The notes under the pieces: model-generated
What the model was told of the DNA's origin: nothing
The model's input: only the letters and a program-made list of their open reading frames with translations
The model's database searches: none
In this document: positions 48,237 to 58,140 of the stretch, piece by piece
How positions within the stretch are numbered: position 1 is the first letter of the stretch
Layout of the letters: every line of letters starts with the position of its first letter
Translations under genes and position numbers: made by a program
From: Squalus acanthias
Taxonomy: Eukaryota
NCBI GenBank assembly: GCA_030390025.1
Contig: CM059425.1
Span: 176,578,001-176,642,000, forward strand
DNA: 64,000 nt
Direction of reading: 5' to 3'

Positions 48237-51152
48237 TTATGATCTAAAATTGTTGAACTCGATATTGAGTCCAGAGGGCTGTAGCGTGCCTAAACGAAAG
48301 ATGAGGTGCTGTTCCTCGAGCTTACGCTGAGCTTCCGTGGAACAGTGTAATAGGCCGAGGACGGTGAGGTCAGAGTGGGAGTGAAGCGGTGAATTAAAGT
48401 GACAGGCCACCGGGAGCTCGGGGTCCCCCTTACGGACTGAACGGAGGTGTTCCGCAAAGCGGTCACCCAATCTGCGTTTGGTCTCCCCAATGTAGAGGAG
48501 TCCACATCGTGAGCAGCGAATACAGTATACTAAATTGCAGGAAGTACAAGTAAATCGCTGTTTCACCTGGAAGGGGTGTTTGGGGCCCTGGACAGTGGGA
48601 AGAGGGGAGGTATAAGGGCATGTGTTGCATCTCCTGCGCGTGCACGGGAAGGTGCCGGGCGAAGGGGAAGGGGTGCTGGGGGTGGTAGAGGAGTGGACTA
48701 GGGTGTCGCGGAGGGAGCGGTCCCTACGGAATGCTGAAAGGGGAGGTGAGGGGAAGATGTGTTTGGTGGTGGGATCACGCTGGAGGTGGCGGAAATGGCG
48801 GAGGATGATCCGTTGAATGTGGAGGCTGGTGGGGTGAAAGGTGAGGACAAGGGGAACCCTATCGTGGTTCCGGGAGGGAGGGGCAGGGGTGAGGGCAGAT
48901 GTGCGGGAGATAGAACGGACACGGTCGAGGGCCGTGTCGACCACGGTAGAGGGGAATCCTCGGTTGAGGAAAAAGGAAGACATGTCGGAAGCACTGGTAT
49001 GGAAGGTGGCATCATCAGAGCAGATGCGGCGGAGACGGAGAAACTGGGAGAATGGAATAGAGTCCTTACAGGAGGCGGGGTGGGAGGAAGTGTAGTCCAG
49101 GTAGCTGTGGGAGTCGGTGGGCTTGTAGTGAATGTTAGTCAATAACCTATCCCCAGAGATGGAGATGGAGAAGTCGAGGAAGGGAAGGGAAGAGTCGGAG
49201 ATGGACCATGTGAAGGTGAGGGAAGGGTGGAAATTGGAAGCATAGTGAATGAAATGTTCTAGTTCAGGGCGAGAGCAGGAGACGGCACCGATACAGTCAT
49301 CAATGTACCGGAAAAAGAGGTGAGGGAGGGGACCCGAGTAGGACTGGAACAAAGAGTGTTCCACATATCCCACGAAAAGGCAGACATAGCTAGGACCCAT
49401 GTGGGTACCCATAGCAACACCTTTAATTTGGAGGAAATGGGTAGAGTCAAAGGAGAAGTTGTTCAATGTGAGAACAAGTTCAGCCAGGCGGAGGAGGGTG
49501 GTGGTGGATGGGGACTGGTTGGGCCTCTGTTCAAGGAAGAAGCGGAGCGCCCTCAGGCCATCCTGGTGGGGAATGGAGGTGTAGAGGGATTGTACGTCCA
49601 TAGTGAAGAGGAGACGGTTGGGGCCGGGAAACTGGAAACTGTTAAAATGGCGGAGGGCATCGGAAGAGTCGCGGATGTAGGTGGGAAGAGACTGGACAAG
49701 GGGAGAAAAAATAGAGTCGAGATAGGAAGAGATAAGTTCCGTGGGGCAAGAACAGGCTGAAACGATGGGTCTACCGGGGCAGTCCTGTTTGTGGATCTTG
49801 GGAAGGAGGTAGAAGCGGGCTGTGCGGGGTTGGGGAACTATGAGGTTGGCGGCCGTGGGGGGAAGATCTCCAGAGGAGATGAGGTCAGTGACAGTCTTGG
49901 ACACGGTGGCTTGATGTTCGGTAGTGGGGTCATGGTCCAGGTGGAGGTAGGAGGAGGTGTCAGAGAGTTGGCGTTCAACTTCCGCTAGGTAGAGGTCGGT
50001 TCGCCAAACAACAACAGCGCCACCCTTGTCAGCAGGTTTAATGACAATGTCAGGGTTGGATCGGAGAGAATGGAGTGCTGCAAGTTCAGAGGGAGGTAGG
50101 TTGGAGTGAGTGAGGGGAGCAGAGAAATTGAGCTGGCCGATGTCACGGCGGCAGTTAGCAATGAAAAGATCAAGAGAGGGTAAGAGGCCAGAGGGAGGGG
50201 TCCAGGTGGAACGAGAATTCTGAAAGCGGGAGAAAGGGTCAGCCGTGCGGGGGGAAGACTCCTGGCCAGAGAAGTGGGCACGGAGACGGAGGCGGCGGAA
50301 AAAGAGCTCAGCATCGTGCCGAGCTCGAAATTCATTGAGATGGGGGCGTAAGGGGATGAAGCTCAGGCCTTTGCTGAGGACTGATCGTTCGGAGTCAGAG
50401 AGGGGAAGGTCAGAGGGGATAGTGAAAACGTGGCAGGGGGTGAGATTGGGAGAAGGGGGGTCAGAGGAAAGTGAAGGGGAAGAAGGTTCCGGAGGGGCTT
50501 TAGTGTCCAAGAGTTGTTGAAGCTTGCGATCCTTGACATCGGAAAGGAAGAAGAAAAGTTTTTTGTTGAAGCGTCGGATGAGTCTAAGGATGAAATGGAA
50601 CTGTGGACCCGGACAGCTTTGAGATAGAGTGCGTCGGTGCTGCTGAAGAGAGATGTCGAGAGTGTTCATGTGGCGCCGCATGGCGTTGAGCGTGGATCTC
50701 AAGATGCGGCGAGAGCAGTAGTTCGAGGAACGATGAATATCTTGGAGATATTTGTAATCCTGGGTGGATCCGAAACACGAAGGGTGGAAGTTTAGTTGGA
50801 ATCCACGTGGGATAAGTCGGAACCGGAGACAGTTGCTGAGGAAAGTAATGTGGCTGTGAAACCGAGTCTTGGCAGATACCTGATCAAACACGAGAAGGGA
50901 AACTGAAATCAATGAAGATGAACAAGGTTGAAGAGCCAAACGGAAATCCCGTCGAAGAGAAGAGCAGAACTTCTTCAAGGTAGGCATTCCAAGAAGAGAG
51001 GTGGCAGTGAACCAAACACTAATACGATAGCAAAATACTGCGGATGCTGGAAATCCGAAATAACAACAGAAAACGCTGGAAAAACTCAGCAGGCCAGGCA
51101 GCATCCGTGGAGAGAGAAAGAGAGTTGACGTTTCAGGTCGATGACCTTTCAT
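48237..51152 (-). CDS. PLE polyprotein: reverse transcriptase, Cys-rich linker, GIY-YIG endonuclease (true start possibly a downstream ATG such as 50987)
   Basis: Uninterrupted 971 codons. KPADKG, LPKIHK, GRPIVS, DVQSLYTSIP, GVAMG, RYIDD, LPFLD; CxxxxCxxC linker; VYCIRCSRCGLLYIGET...R..EH; GLN. Confidence 0.95.
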   Translation of the reverse strand: MKGHRPETSTLFLSPRMLPGLLSFSSVFCCYFGFPASAVFCYRISVWFTATSLLGMPTLKKFCSSLRRDFRLALQPCSSSLISVSLLVFDQVSAKTRFHSHITFLSNCLRFRLIPRGFQLNFHPSCFGSTQDYKYLQDIHRSSNYCSRRILRSTLNAMRRHMNTLDISLQQHRRTLSQSCPGPQFHFILRLIRRFNKKLFFFLSDVKDRKLQQLLDTKAPPEPSSPSLSSDPPSPNLTPCHVFTIPSDLPLSDSERSVLSKGLSFIPLRPHLNEFRARHDAELFFRRLRLRAHFSGQESSPRTADPFSRFQNSRSTWTPPSGLLPSLDLFIANCRRDIGQLNFSAPLTHSNLPPSELAALHSLRSNPDIVIKPADKGGAVVVWRTDLYLAEVERQLSDTSSYLHLDHDPTTEHQATVSKTVTDLISSGDLPPTAANLIVPQPRTARFYLLPKIHKQDCPGRPIVSACSCPTELISSYLDSIFSPLVQSLPTYIRDSSDALRHFNSFQFPGPNRLLFTMDVQSLYTSIPHQDGLRALRFFLEQRPNQSPSTTTLLRLAELVLTLNNFSFDSTHFLQIKGVAMGTHMGPSYVCLFVGYVEHSLFQSYSGPLPHLFFRYIDDCIGAVSCSRPELEHFIHYASNFHPSLTFTWSISDSSLPFLDFSISISGDRLLTNIHYKPTDSHSYLDYTSSHPASCKDSIPFSQFLRLRRICSDDATFHTSASDMSSFFLNRGFPSTVVDTALDRVRSISRTSALTPAPPSRNHDRVPLVLTFHPTSLHIQRIILRHFRHLQRDPTTKHIFPSPPLSAFRRDRSLRDTLVHSSTTPSTPSPSPGTFPCTRRRCNTCPYTSPLPTVQGPKHPFQVKQRFTCTSCNLVYCIRCSRCGLLYIGETKRRLGDRFAEHLRSVRKGDPELPVACHFNSPLHSHSDLTVLGLLHCSTEAQRKLEEQHLIFRLGTLQPSGLNIEFNNFRS

Positions 51153-51159
51153 CAGAACT
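51123..51159 (-). ncRNA. Minimal type I hammerhead ribozyme (PLE copy 2)
   Basis: Identical motif; overlaps the first ATG of the long ORF. Confidence 0.85.
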
Positions 51160-51581
51160 GGGAAGAGCCGGAAATCAAATAGATTTAAGGCCAGGGTAAA
51201 GCTGGGAAAAGGGGGAGGGGATAAAGGAACAAAGGAGGAGATGAAGAGACATTAAGAGACATTAAGAGATATGCAAGGCTAGAGGTGGTGTTAATGTGAC
51301 AGATTAAGGCTGAATGAAGTGGGAAATCCACTGGCAGAATGAAGGACAGCTGCCAGCTTCAAGGAGGAAAAAAAAAGGTGGGGGGGGACAAATAAAAGGG
51401 TGGATAAAATAAAATATAAATGTGATTGGAGCTGAGGTTATGATCTAAAATTGTTGAACTCGATATTGAGTCCAGAGGGCTGTAGCGTGCCTAAACGAAA
51501 GATGAGGTGCTGTTCCTCGAGCTTACGCTGAGCTTCCGTGGAACAGTGTAATAGGCCGAGGGCCCCAAACACCCCTTCCAG

Positions 51582-51911
51582 GTGAAACAGCGATTTACTT
51601 GTACTTCCTGCAATTTAGTATACTGTATTCGCTGCTCACGATGTGGACTCCTCTACATTGGGGAGACCAAACGCAGATTGGGTGACCGCTTTGCGGAACA
51701 CCTCCGTTCAGTCCGTAAGGGGGACCCCGAGCTCCCGGTGGCCTGTCACTTTAATTCACCGCTTCACTCCCACTCTGACCTCACCGTCCTCGGCCTATTA
51801 CACTGTTCCACGGAAGCTCAGCGTAAGCTCGAGGAACAGCACCTCATCTTTCGTTTAGGCACGCTACAGCCCTCTGGACTCAATATCGAGTTCAACAATT
51901 TTAGATCATAA
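51582..51911 (+). pseudogene. Inverted duplicate of the PLE GIY-YIG C-terminus
   Basis: Translation matches the end of the 48237-51152 protein. Confidence 0.95.
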
Positions 51912-52190
51912 CCTCAGCTCCAATCACATTTATATTTTATTTTATCCACCCTTTTATTTGTCCCCCCCCACCTTTTTTTTTCCCTCCTTGAAGCTGGCAG
52001 CTGTCCTTCATTCTGCCAGTGGATTTCACACTTCATTCAGCCTTAATCTGTCACATTAACACCACCTCTAGCCTTGCATATCTCTTAATGTCTCTTAATG
52101 TCTCTTCATCTCCTCCTTTGTTCCTTTATCCCCTCCCCCTTTTCCCAGCTTTACCCTGGCCTTAAATCTATTTGATTTCCGGCTCTTCCC

Positions 52191-52227
52191 AGTTCTGATG
52201 AAAGGTCATCGACCTGAAACGTCAACT
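52191..52227 (+). ncRNA. Minimal type I hammerhead ribozyme (PLE copy 3, inverted segment)
   Basis: agttCTGATGAaaggtcatcgacctGAAAcgtcaact. Confidence 0.85.
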
Positions 52228-53172
52228 CTCTTTCTCTCTCCACGGATGCTGCCTGGCCTGCTGAGTTTTTCCAGCGTTTTCTGTTGTTATTTCGGATTTC
52301 CAGCATCCGCAGTATTTTGCTATCGTAGTTGAAATCAGCTAATAGTTGAGTTCTACAAGATATTCAATTGGAATTGAAGTTAGGAGGAAGAAAGGCTAAG
52401 GGAACTGAGGAGCTCCATAATTTTGAGGTACTGGGAAAGAATGAGTCAGCGTTAGAGAGGCTGCAAAGAGTCTTGATTTCCACACAAGGAGCAAAGAGGA
52501 CATAGGATGAAGTTTTAATAACTTAGGAGGAAGAAGAGAAGAAAGTTCAGCGGAGCAATGACAACTATCATATATTGTGTAAGTATTAAAATGTTCAAAC
52601 ACTTCAAGTAATAATGTTGATTGTTAACTTGTCCTGCGTGCATATCTTCTGTGGTTTTACCTTACATTTTACTATAATCCAATGCAGCCCAATGAGGAAG
52701 AAATTTGTTTTGGCCCATTATCATCGACACACTTGCCGCGCACGCCAGCAGCTGGAGGCTCATCTGAAATTGGGCCTCATCTGAATTGTTCCGGTGAACT
52801 GCAGGTGCCTGTCAGGCCTCCTGAGGCAGCTCGCTGATTTCCTCTGGACCAATTTGGGCTGGCAACGACACAGGCAGCAGCCCGCAGGAGGGTCCTGGGA
52901 AAGGCCAACGAGAGGGGGATCGGGTCCGAGCGTAGGTCAGCAGCGGCCTGCAGTAGTGCTGTGGGCCCACATCAAGGTGAGTTCAAAAGAAAAAACTTAC
53001 CTTTCTATTGGTGACGTTCAGCAGCCCCTTTAAGGACAGCTAGTTAGGCTGCAGAGGAACCAGAAAAACCTGCTGTGCTCAGCTTCTGACCACTTTCAGA
53101 GAGGGTCCTTAAACAGGTGTTAAGTGCTGCATTAGCATATGCAAGAGCGAATGCCTGGTGCCTGAATATTTA

Positions 53173-53282
53173 TGAGAAGTCGCACAACACCAGGTTATAG
53201 TCCAACAGATTTATTTAATTTTACAAGCTTTCGGAGCAGTTCGCTCCTTCGTCAGGTAAGTTTAGCAGTCTCCACATCATGA
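53173..53282 (-). mobile_element. 110-bp hammerhead-containing mini-retroposon
   Basis: Perfect 12-bp TSD CCTGAATATTTA (53161-72, 53283-94). Central hammerhead, followed by AATAAA on the minus strand. Confidence 0.85.
53221..53259 (-). ncRNA. Minimal hammerhead ribozyme, second sequence family
   Basis: UUAC-CUGACGA-A-GGAGC(GAACU)GCUCC-GAAA-GC-UU-GUAA. Confidence 0.85.
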
Positions 53283-53923
53283 CCTGAATATTTAGTTAGA
53301 TTCCTAATGTTAAACATTATTAATAGCACAATTATACAAATGAATAGAAATTCAACAGGAAGCATTGCCTAATTAAATAATACTTGGGAATCTTACTGAA
53401 CTTTGGTCGGCAGATACCACTTCATTCTTCAAAAAATTGAAACGTAATCATACACTTTAGAGTAGGAATTTCTGTGGCAAGTTTCTTTGTTGCTTCTATG
53501 ATAATTTATTGTGTCCATAGCAACAAATTAACATCAACCAGCTAATCAGAGTATTTTTAATATGTAAAGGAAGTTTACACCTTTTTTTGTTAAGTGGATT
53601 TTTGACCTCCCGGTGTGTTGGCTAGCTATAAATGTTTAATATTTTCCATGCTAGCTATCAATTTAATCCTGATATTAATGAGCTAAGCGGGAAGCAGAAC
53701 TTGCATTTGTAATGTAAATGTCCCCGAGTAGGCTGAGCTGGCTATGTAAAGCGGCCACTCATGTTTTGTATGCACATTTCATTAGTCAAAAGCAATTTAG
53801 TCTAATTAGTGCCTGCAGCAGGTCCCGCTACTTTACCAGAATTTAGAAGGAACACTAAATTCTGAGAAATGGAATAATTCACCTCGCTGCTATTTCAGCT
53901 ACATATCCCAAATTATTTTCCTA

Positions 53924-54641
53924 GGGCTAGAAATTCACCTCCTTTGCGCCTCCTGTTAGCGCCTCCGGGGGGCGATAATGGGGTGCTACCGGCTTTGCGA
54001 CCGGGCACGGCGAGAGTACCGATGCCCGCGAAATTCCCGTCGAGGTTTGCAGCAGCGGTGACCCCTGGTGCCACGATCTCCTGCGCCCGGAGATCGTAAT
54101 ATCATCGTGCTGCGCATCGCCCTGGTAGCGCCCCGGACCCGAAATTCGATTCCGTCCCCTGCAGCATCGCCGGGCGACAACACAGACAGCTGCAGGAGGC
54201 ATTGTCAGGGAGGCCGGGCGCTTCGGGAGCGGTATTTAAAGGTGATGATGGTTGCGTGAAAAAACATTTCTTAATGCTTTAGGTCCATTTTTCAGCATTT
54301 TCTTCGGCCACGATTGATCAGCCCTCTAATCTGTTAGAGTGCTTGGGGCTGATTGTGTCAGATTGTGGCTGCCGTCGGCAATGAGGGACCTTGTTTCAAT
54401 GCAGAGCCTGCAGCAATGGCCCTTCCCTTTAAGGGAGGGATGGAGCCTCCGTTCCCGGCAGCGCTGCACGGGACGCTGCACCGCTACCGCCCCTCTTGCC
54501 GGCTTTAGCGCTCCAAGAGAAGTGGTAGCACTTGATTTAGCGCTCCACTTCCTTCCTGGAGCGCGAACAGCCAATTTACTGGAAGCTCACAATCATTAGC
54601 GCCTGGCACTAATTTTTCAAGATTTCAAAAGTTTCTCCCCC
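53924..54641. mobile_element. Harbinger MITE (718 bp)
   Basis: Ends GGGCTAGAAATT / AGTTTCTCCCCC with CTA TSD. TTAGCGCC-rich arms. Confidence 0.88.
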
Positions 54642-55621
54642 CTAGTATTTTAAATTAAAATCATTATACTATGGTGGCTTCTACATTGAACAGCTAGTTG
54701 CTGATCTGAGAAAATTCGCTTACATCACCAGTCCAAATACTCTTGACATGTTCCTCCGATATATCTTCTTTTGCAACATTCTCCTTTTTCTTACTTGTTG
54801 GGATATAATTCCAAAGATGTTAGCAGCCTTCCAGTACCTCATCAAATGACTGTTCTAAATCTGTGAGCCTGGATATTTGATCTGACTATTCAACTGTGAA
54901 AGACATCACAGTCAAGCCAGGTTCACATGATGACCACACACAGCTCCTTTTCCGAGGCCACAAGATAGCAATCAGAAGGAGCAACCATGAGGGGGTCTCC
55001 CCCCACCCCTCCCTAGCCTAAGGGCGCAAACGCCAATTGTGTTGAACTATTTTGGGATGATTTAAAAAAAAGTCTGGTACTATATTTTACAGTAATATTT
55101 CTTCCTTCATTTCATGGTAACTAGAAAAGAATTATTGAACCCACATACTTACAACTGCGTTCTCAGCACACACATCTTTAAAGAGCTCGATGCATAAAGT
55201 TAGTGTAACACAACCTACCTGCATGATTATTAAATACTGATGCACAGGATGGGCTACACGATAGTCACATGGCTGCCATCGATACTTTGGGAGCATAGGA
55301 ACAGGAGTAGCCATTCAGTTCCTTGAGCCTGCTCTGCCATTCAATCAGATCATAGCTGATCTGTACCTCAACTCCATTTACCCACCTTTGCTCCATATCC
55401 CTTGATACCATTACCTAACAAAAGATTATCGATCTCAGTATTGAAAATGTCATTTGAGTCAGTAATCACAGCCTTTTGGGGGGTGAGTTTCAGATTTCTA
55501 CTACGTTTTGTGTGGAAAAAGTGCTTCCTGATTTCACTCCTAAATAACCTTGCTCTAATTCTAAGATTGTGCCTCTTGTTCTGGATTCCCCCTCCAGAGG
55601 AAATAGTTTCTCTTTTACTAC

Positions 55622-55788
55622 CAATATTCCCTCTAATTTTTTTTGAGTGTGTGGCCCCTTTAAGGGACTGTGCGGACTATTCAGATTCCCGTGCATACAC
55701 AGTTTTTCCATTGAGAAGCCAGCAAGCGGCCTGCGGGAGATCCAGATAGTTGCGCGGCGCGTGGCCACACAACTTAACGGGAACATTG
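55622..55788. mobile_element. hAT-type MITE (167 bp)
   Basis: TIR CAATATTCCC / GGGAACATTG. 8-bp TSD TTTACTAC / GTTACTAC. Subterminal inverted TGTGTGGCC / GGCCACACA. Confidence 0.75.
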
Positions 55789-56685
55789 GTTACTACCCTA
55801 ATGAATTCCTTTATCATTTTAAAGACTTTGATTAGATCACCTTCTAAACTCAAGGGAATACAAACTAACCTGTCCTCATAATCTAACAATTTAAGCCATG
55901 TTATCAGTCTGGTGAATCTGTGCTGTAAGTCCTCCAAGGCCAATATACCTTTCCTGTGGTGCGAGCCCCAAAACTGAATGCAGTACTCAAGATGGGGTCT
56001 GACCAAGGCTCTATGCAACTGAAGCATCACTTCCGCAGTACTGTTGTTTTGTAGCCCCTTGAGATAAAGGCAACAGTCCATTAGACTTTTGCTTGCTTTT
56101 TGTACATGTGCATTAGCTTTTAGTGATCTGTGCACATGGATACTCAAATCCCTTTACTTCTCCACAGCTCCTAGGGGTAAAAATTCACTTGGTTGCGCCT
56201 CCCGTTAGCGCCTTAAGAGGGCGCTAATGGGGCGTTAAGCCGCTAACGCCTGGGCGCAGCGCTGTTTGCGCCGCTCGAGAACTTAACTTGAGATTGTGCG
56301 GCGGCGCTGAAACTTACCGCTGCGACCACCTGCGCGCGCAGATTGTGACGTCATTCCATGGTGCAACGCCCTTGGGGCGCCCCGGAGCGGAAATTGAGTG
56401 GCGCCCCCTGCCTTACCGCCTGGCGCTTCCAACGACCGGAAGACTGGAACGTTATCAATCGGTGTGGGGCTGGGGGGGGCGCTATTTAAAGGGGGCCTCT
56501 TCCTGTCTTTTTCTGTGGTCGACATTTATGCACCACTCGTTCTGAGAGAGAGAGAGAGATTCGGAGAGAGAGAGAGAGAGACTTCTACATTGACTCAACG
56601 CTTTGTGAGGTAGTTTTGCCTAGTTCATCCTAACTTTGTTGCTACTTTAGTTGCTGTACCTCATTACTTTTCTGGCAAAGAGAAT

Positions 56686-57846
56686 ATGGGGGCTGCAATG
56701 ATTGGGGGCGTCGTCCTGCTCCAGCTGAATCGGAGGATAGTGAGACGCAGACAGAGAGTGGCAATGATGGCCAGACGGAGGAGGGCCATCAGGCGCATGT
56801 ACAGGAGAGCTTACCCTCCCAGGGTATATCGTGAACAGCTCTCCTACATCCATATGTCCGAGGAGCTGTGTTTGCGAAGGCTGCGATTCAGCAAGGAGGT
56901 GGTCACTGAGCTCTGCCACCTGCTGCAGCCAGATCTGCAGCCTCAGCTGAGGTCCAGGACGTCTCTGTCGGTGGCAGTGAAGGTCACAGTGGCTTTGAAC
57001 TTCTACGCCACTGGCTCATTCCAAGCTGCTGTTGGGGACCTCGCCAATATCTCCCAGTTTGCGGTGCATCGCTGCATCCGGCAGGTCACCAATGCCCTCT
57101 TCAGAAGGAGACGAGACTTCATCTCTTTCCCTATGACCCCAGACAAGCAGCGTGACCGTGCTATGGGCTTTGCGAGGGTAGCGGGCTTCCCCATGGTGCA
57201 GGGCGCCATTGACTGCACGCATGTGGCTTTGCGTGCTCCGCGAGAGAATGCAGAGGAATTCAGGAACAGAAAGGGGTTCCATTCCTTGAATGTGCAGTTG
57301 GTCTGTGACCACAGACAGGTGATACTCGCTGTCAATGCCCACTATCCGGGCAGCTGCCACGATGCTTTCATCCTGCGCCAGACTACTGTGGCAGAACTTT
57401 TCGAGGCACCGCATCAGCCAGTTGGTTGGCTTCTGGGGGACAAGGGGTACGCATTGAGCACCTGGCTGATGACACCGCTCCGTACGCCAAACACCCCTGC
57501 TGAGCTGCGGTACAATGAAAGCCATCAAGCAACCAGGAACATTATTGAGCGCACAATCGGCGTGCTGAAACAACGGTTCCGCTGTCTGGACCATTCCGGA
57601 GGAGCCCTGCAGTACTCGCCTGAGCAAGTTTCGAACTTCGTAGTCGTGTGCTGCATGTTGCACAACATGGCAATCCTCAGGACCCAGCCAATGCCACCAG
57701 GCCTTGTAGCACCACCAGAGGAGGAGGAGGAAGAGGAGGAACAGGACGAGGACGATGATCATCAGCAGCACCAAGGCGGGAGGGCGGCCCACAATGGTCA
57801 AACTGCAAGGGCCGTCCGTCAACGACTAATAGCAAGCCGCTTCTAG
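56686..57846 (+). CDS. Harbinger DDE transposase (HARBI1-like family), 386 aa
   Basis: HTH region (LNFYATGSFQ..GDLANISQ), GAIDCTH, NRKGFHSLNVQ, HDA, GDKGY, IERTIGVLKQRF, CCMLHN. No stops. TATTTAAA upstream at 56482. Confidence 0.97.
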   Translation: MGAAMIGGVVLLQLNRRIVRRRQRVAMMARRRRAIRRMYRRAYPPRVYREQLSYIHMSEELCLRRLRFSKEVVTELCHLLQPDLQPQLRSRTSLSVAVKVTVALNFYATGSFQAAVGDLANISQFAVHRCIRQVTNALFRRRRDFISFPMTPDKQRDRAMGFARVAGFPMVQGAIDCTHVALRAPRENAEEFRNRKGFHSLNVQLVCDHRQVILAVNAHYPGSCHDAFILRQTTVAELFEAPHQPVGWLLGDKGYALSTWLMTPLRTPNTPAELRYNESHQATRNIIERTIGVLKQRFRCLDHSGGALQYSPEQVSNFVVVCCMLHNMAILRTQPMPPGLVAPPEEEEEEEEQDEDDDHQQHQGGRAAHNGQTARAVRQRLIASRF

Positions 57847-58140
57847 GGCCCCTGCCATTGCTACAAACACTAATCAACCCAGCACGCAACCCCTAAGCCG
57901 GCCAAGGCACCAATAATTCCAGCCACCAGCCATGTATATTTTGAATACAGAAACTTATTTATTTTACAAACTCTGTGTGTGTCAATTCCTCATGACAAAC
58001 TCATAGAAATAAACACAAAAAAACAGTCAATAACATAACTGGTTCTCACAACCTGGAGATAATGTCCAAAACACTAAACAAAAGTTGGACCATGAACCTC
58101 GGCCTTTAATAAAAAAATGACCAGCATTTTGGCACACCTC

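Larger units (their letters stand above)
47861..52326 (-). mobile_element. Penelope-like retroelement (Neptune type), partial tandem plus inverted terminal segment
   Basis: TSD AGTTGAAATCAGCTA at 47846-47860 and 52327-52341. Direct repeat 47861-48360 / 51061-51561. Inverted copy 51559-52326. Confidence 0.96.

Noticed and set aside
48622..50520. Plus-strand ORFs opposite the PLE, and 57016-57822 opposite the transposase
   Set aside because: Antisense shadows of GC-rich coding sequence with no recognisable domains.
47861..52326. DNA transposon with long TIRs, or an LTR element
   Set aside because: The repeats are copies of the PLE 3' end. RT plus GIY-YIG and the 15-bp TSD identify a Penelope-like element.
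56686..57846. Host gene HARBI1
   Set aside because: It lies inside TIRs with a TSD and a Myb partner, and has decayed paralogues nearby, so it is a transposon gene rather than the domesticated locus.
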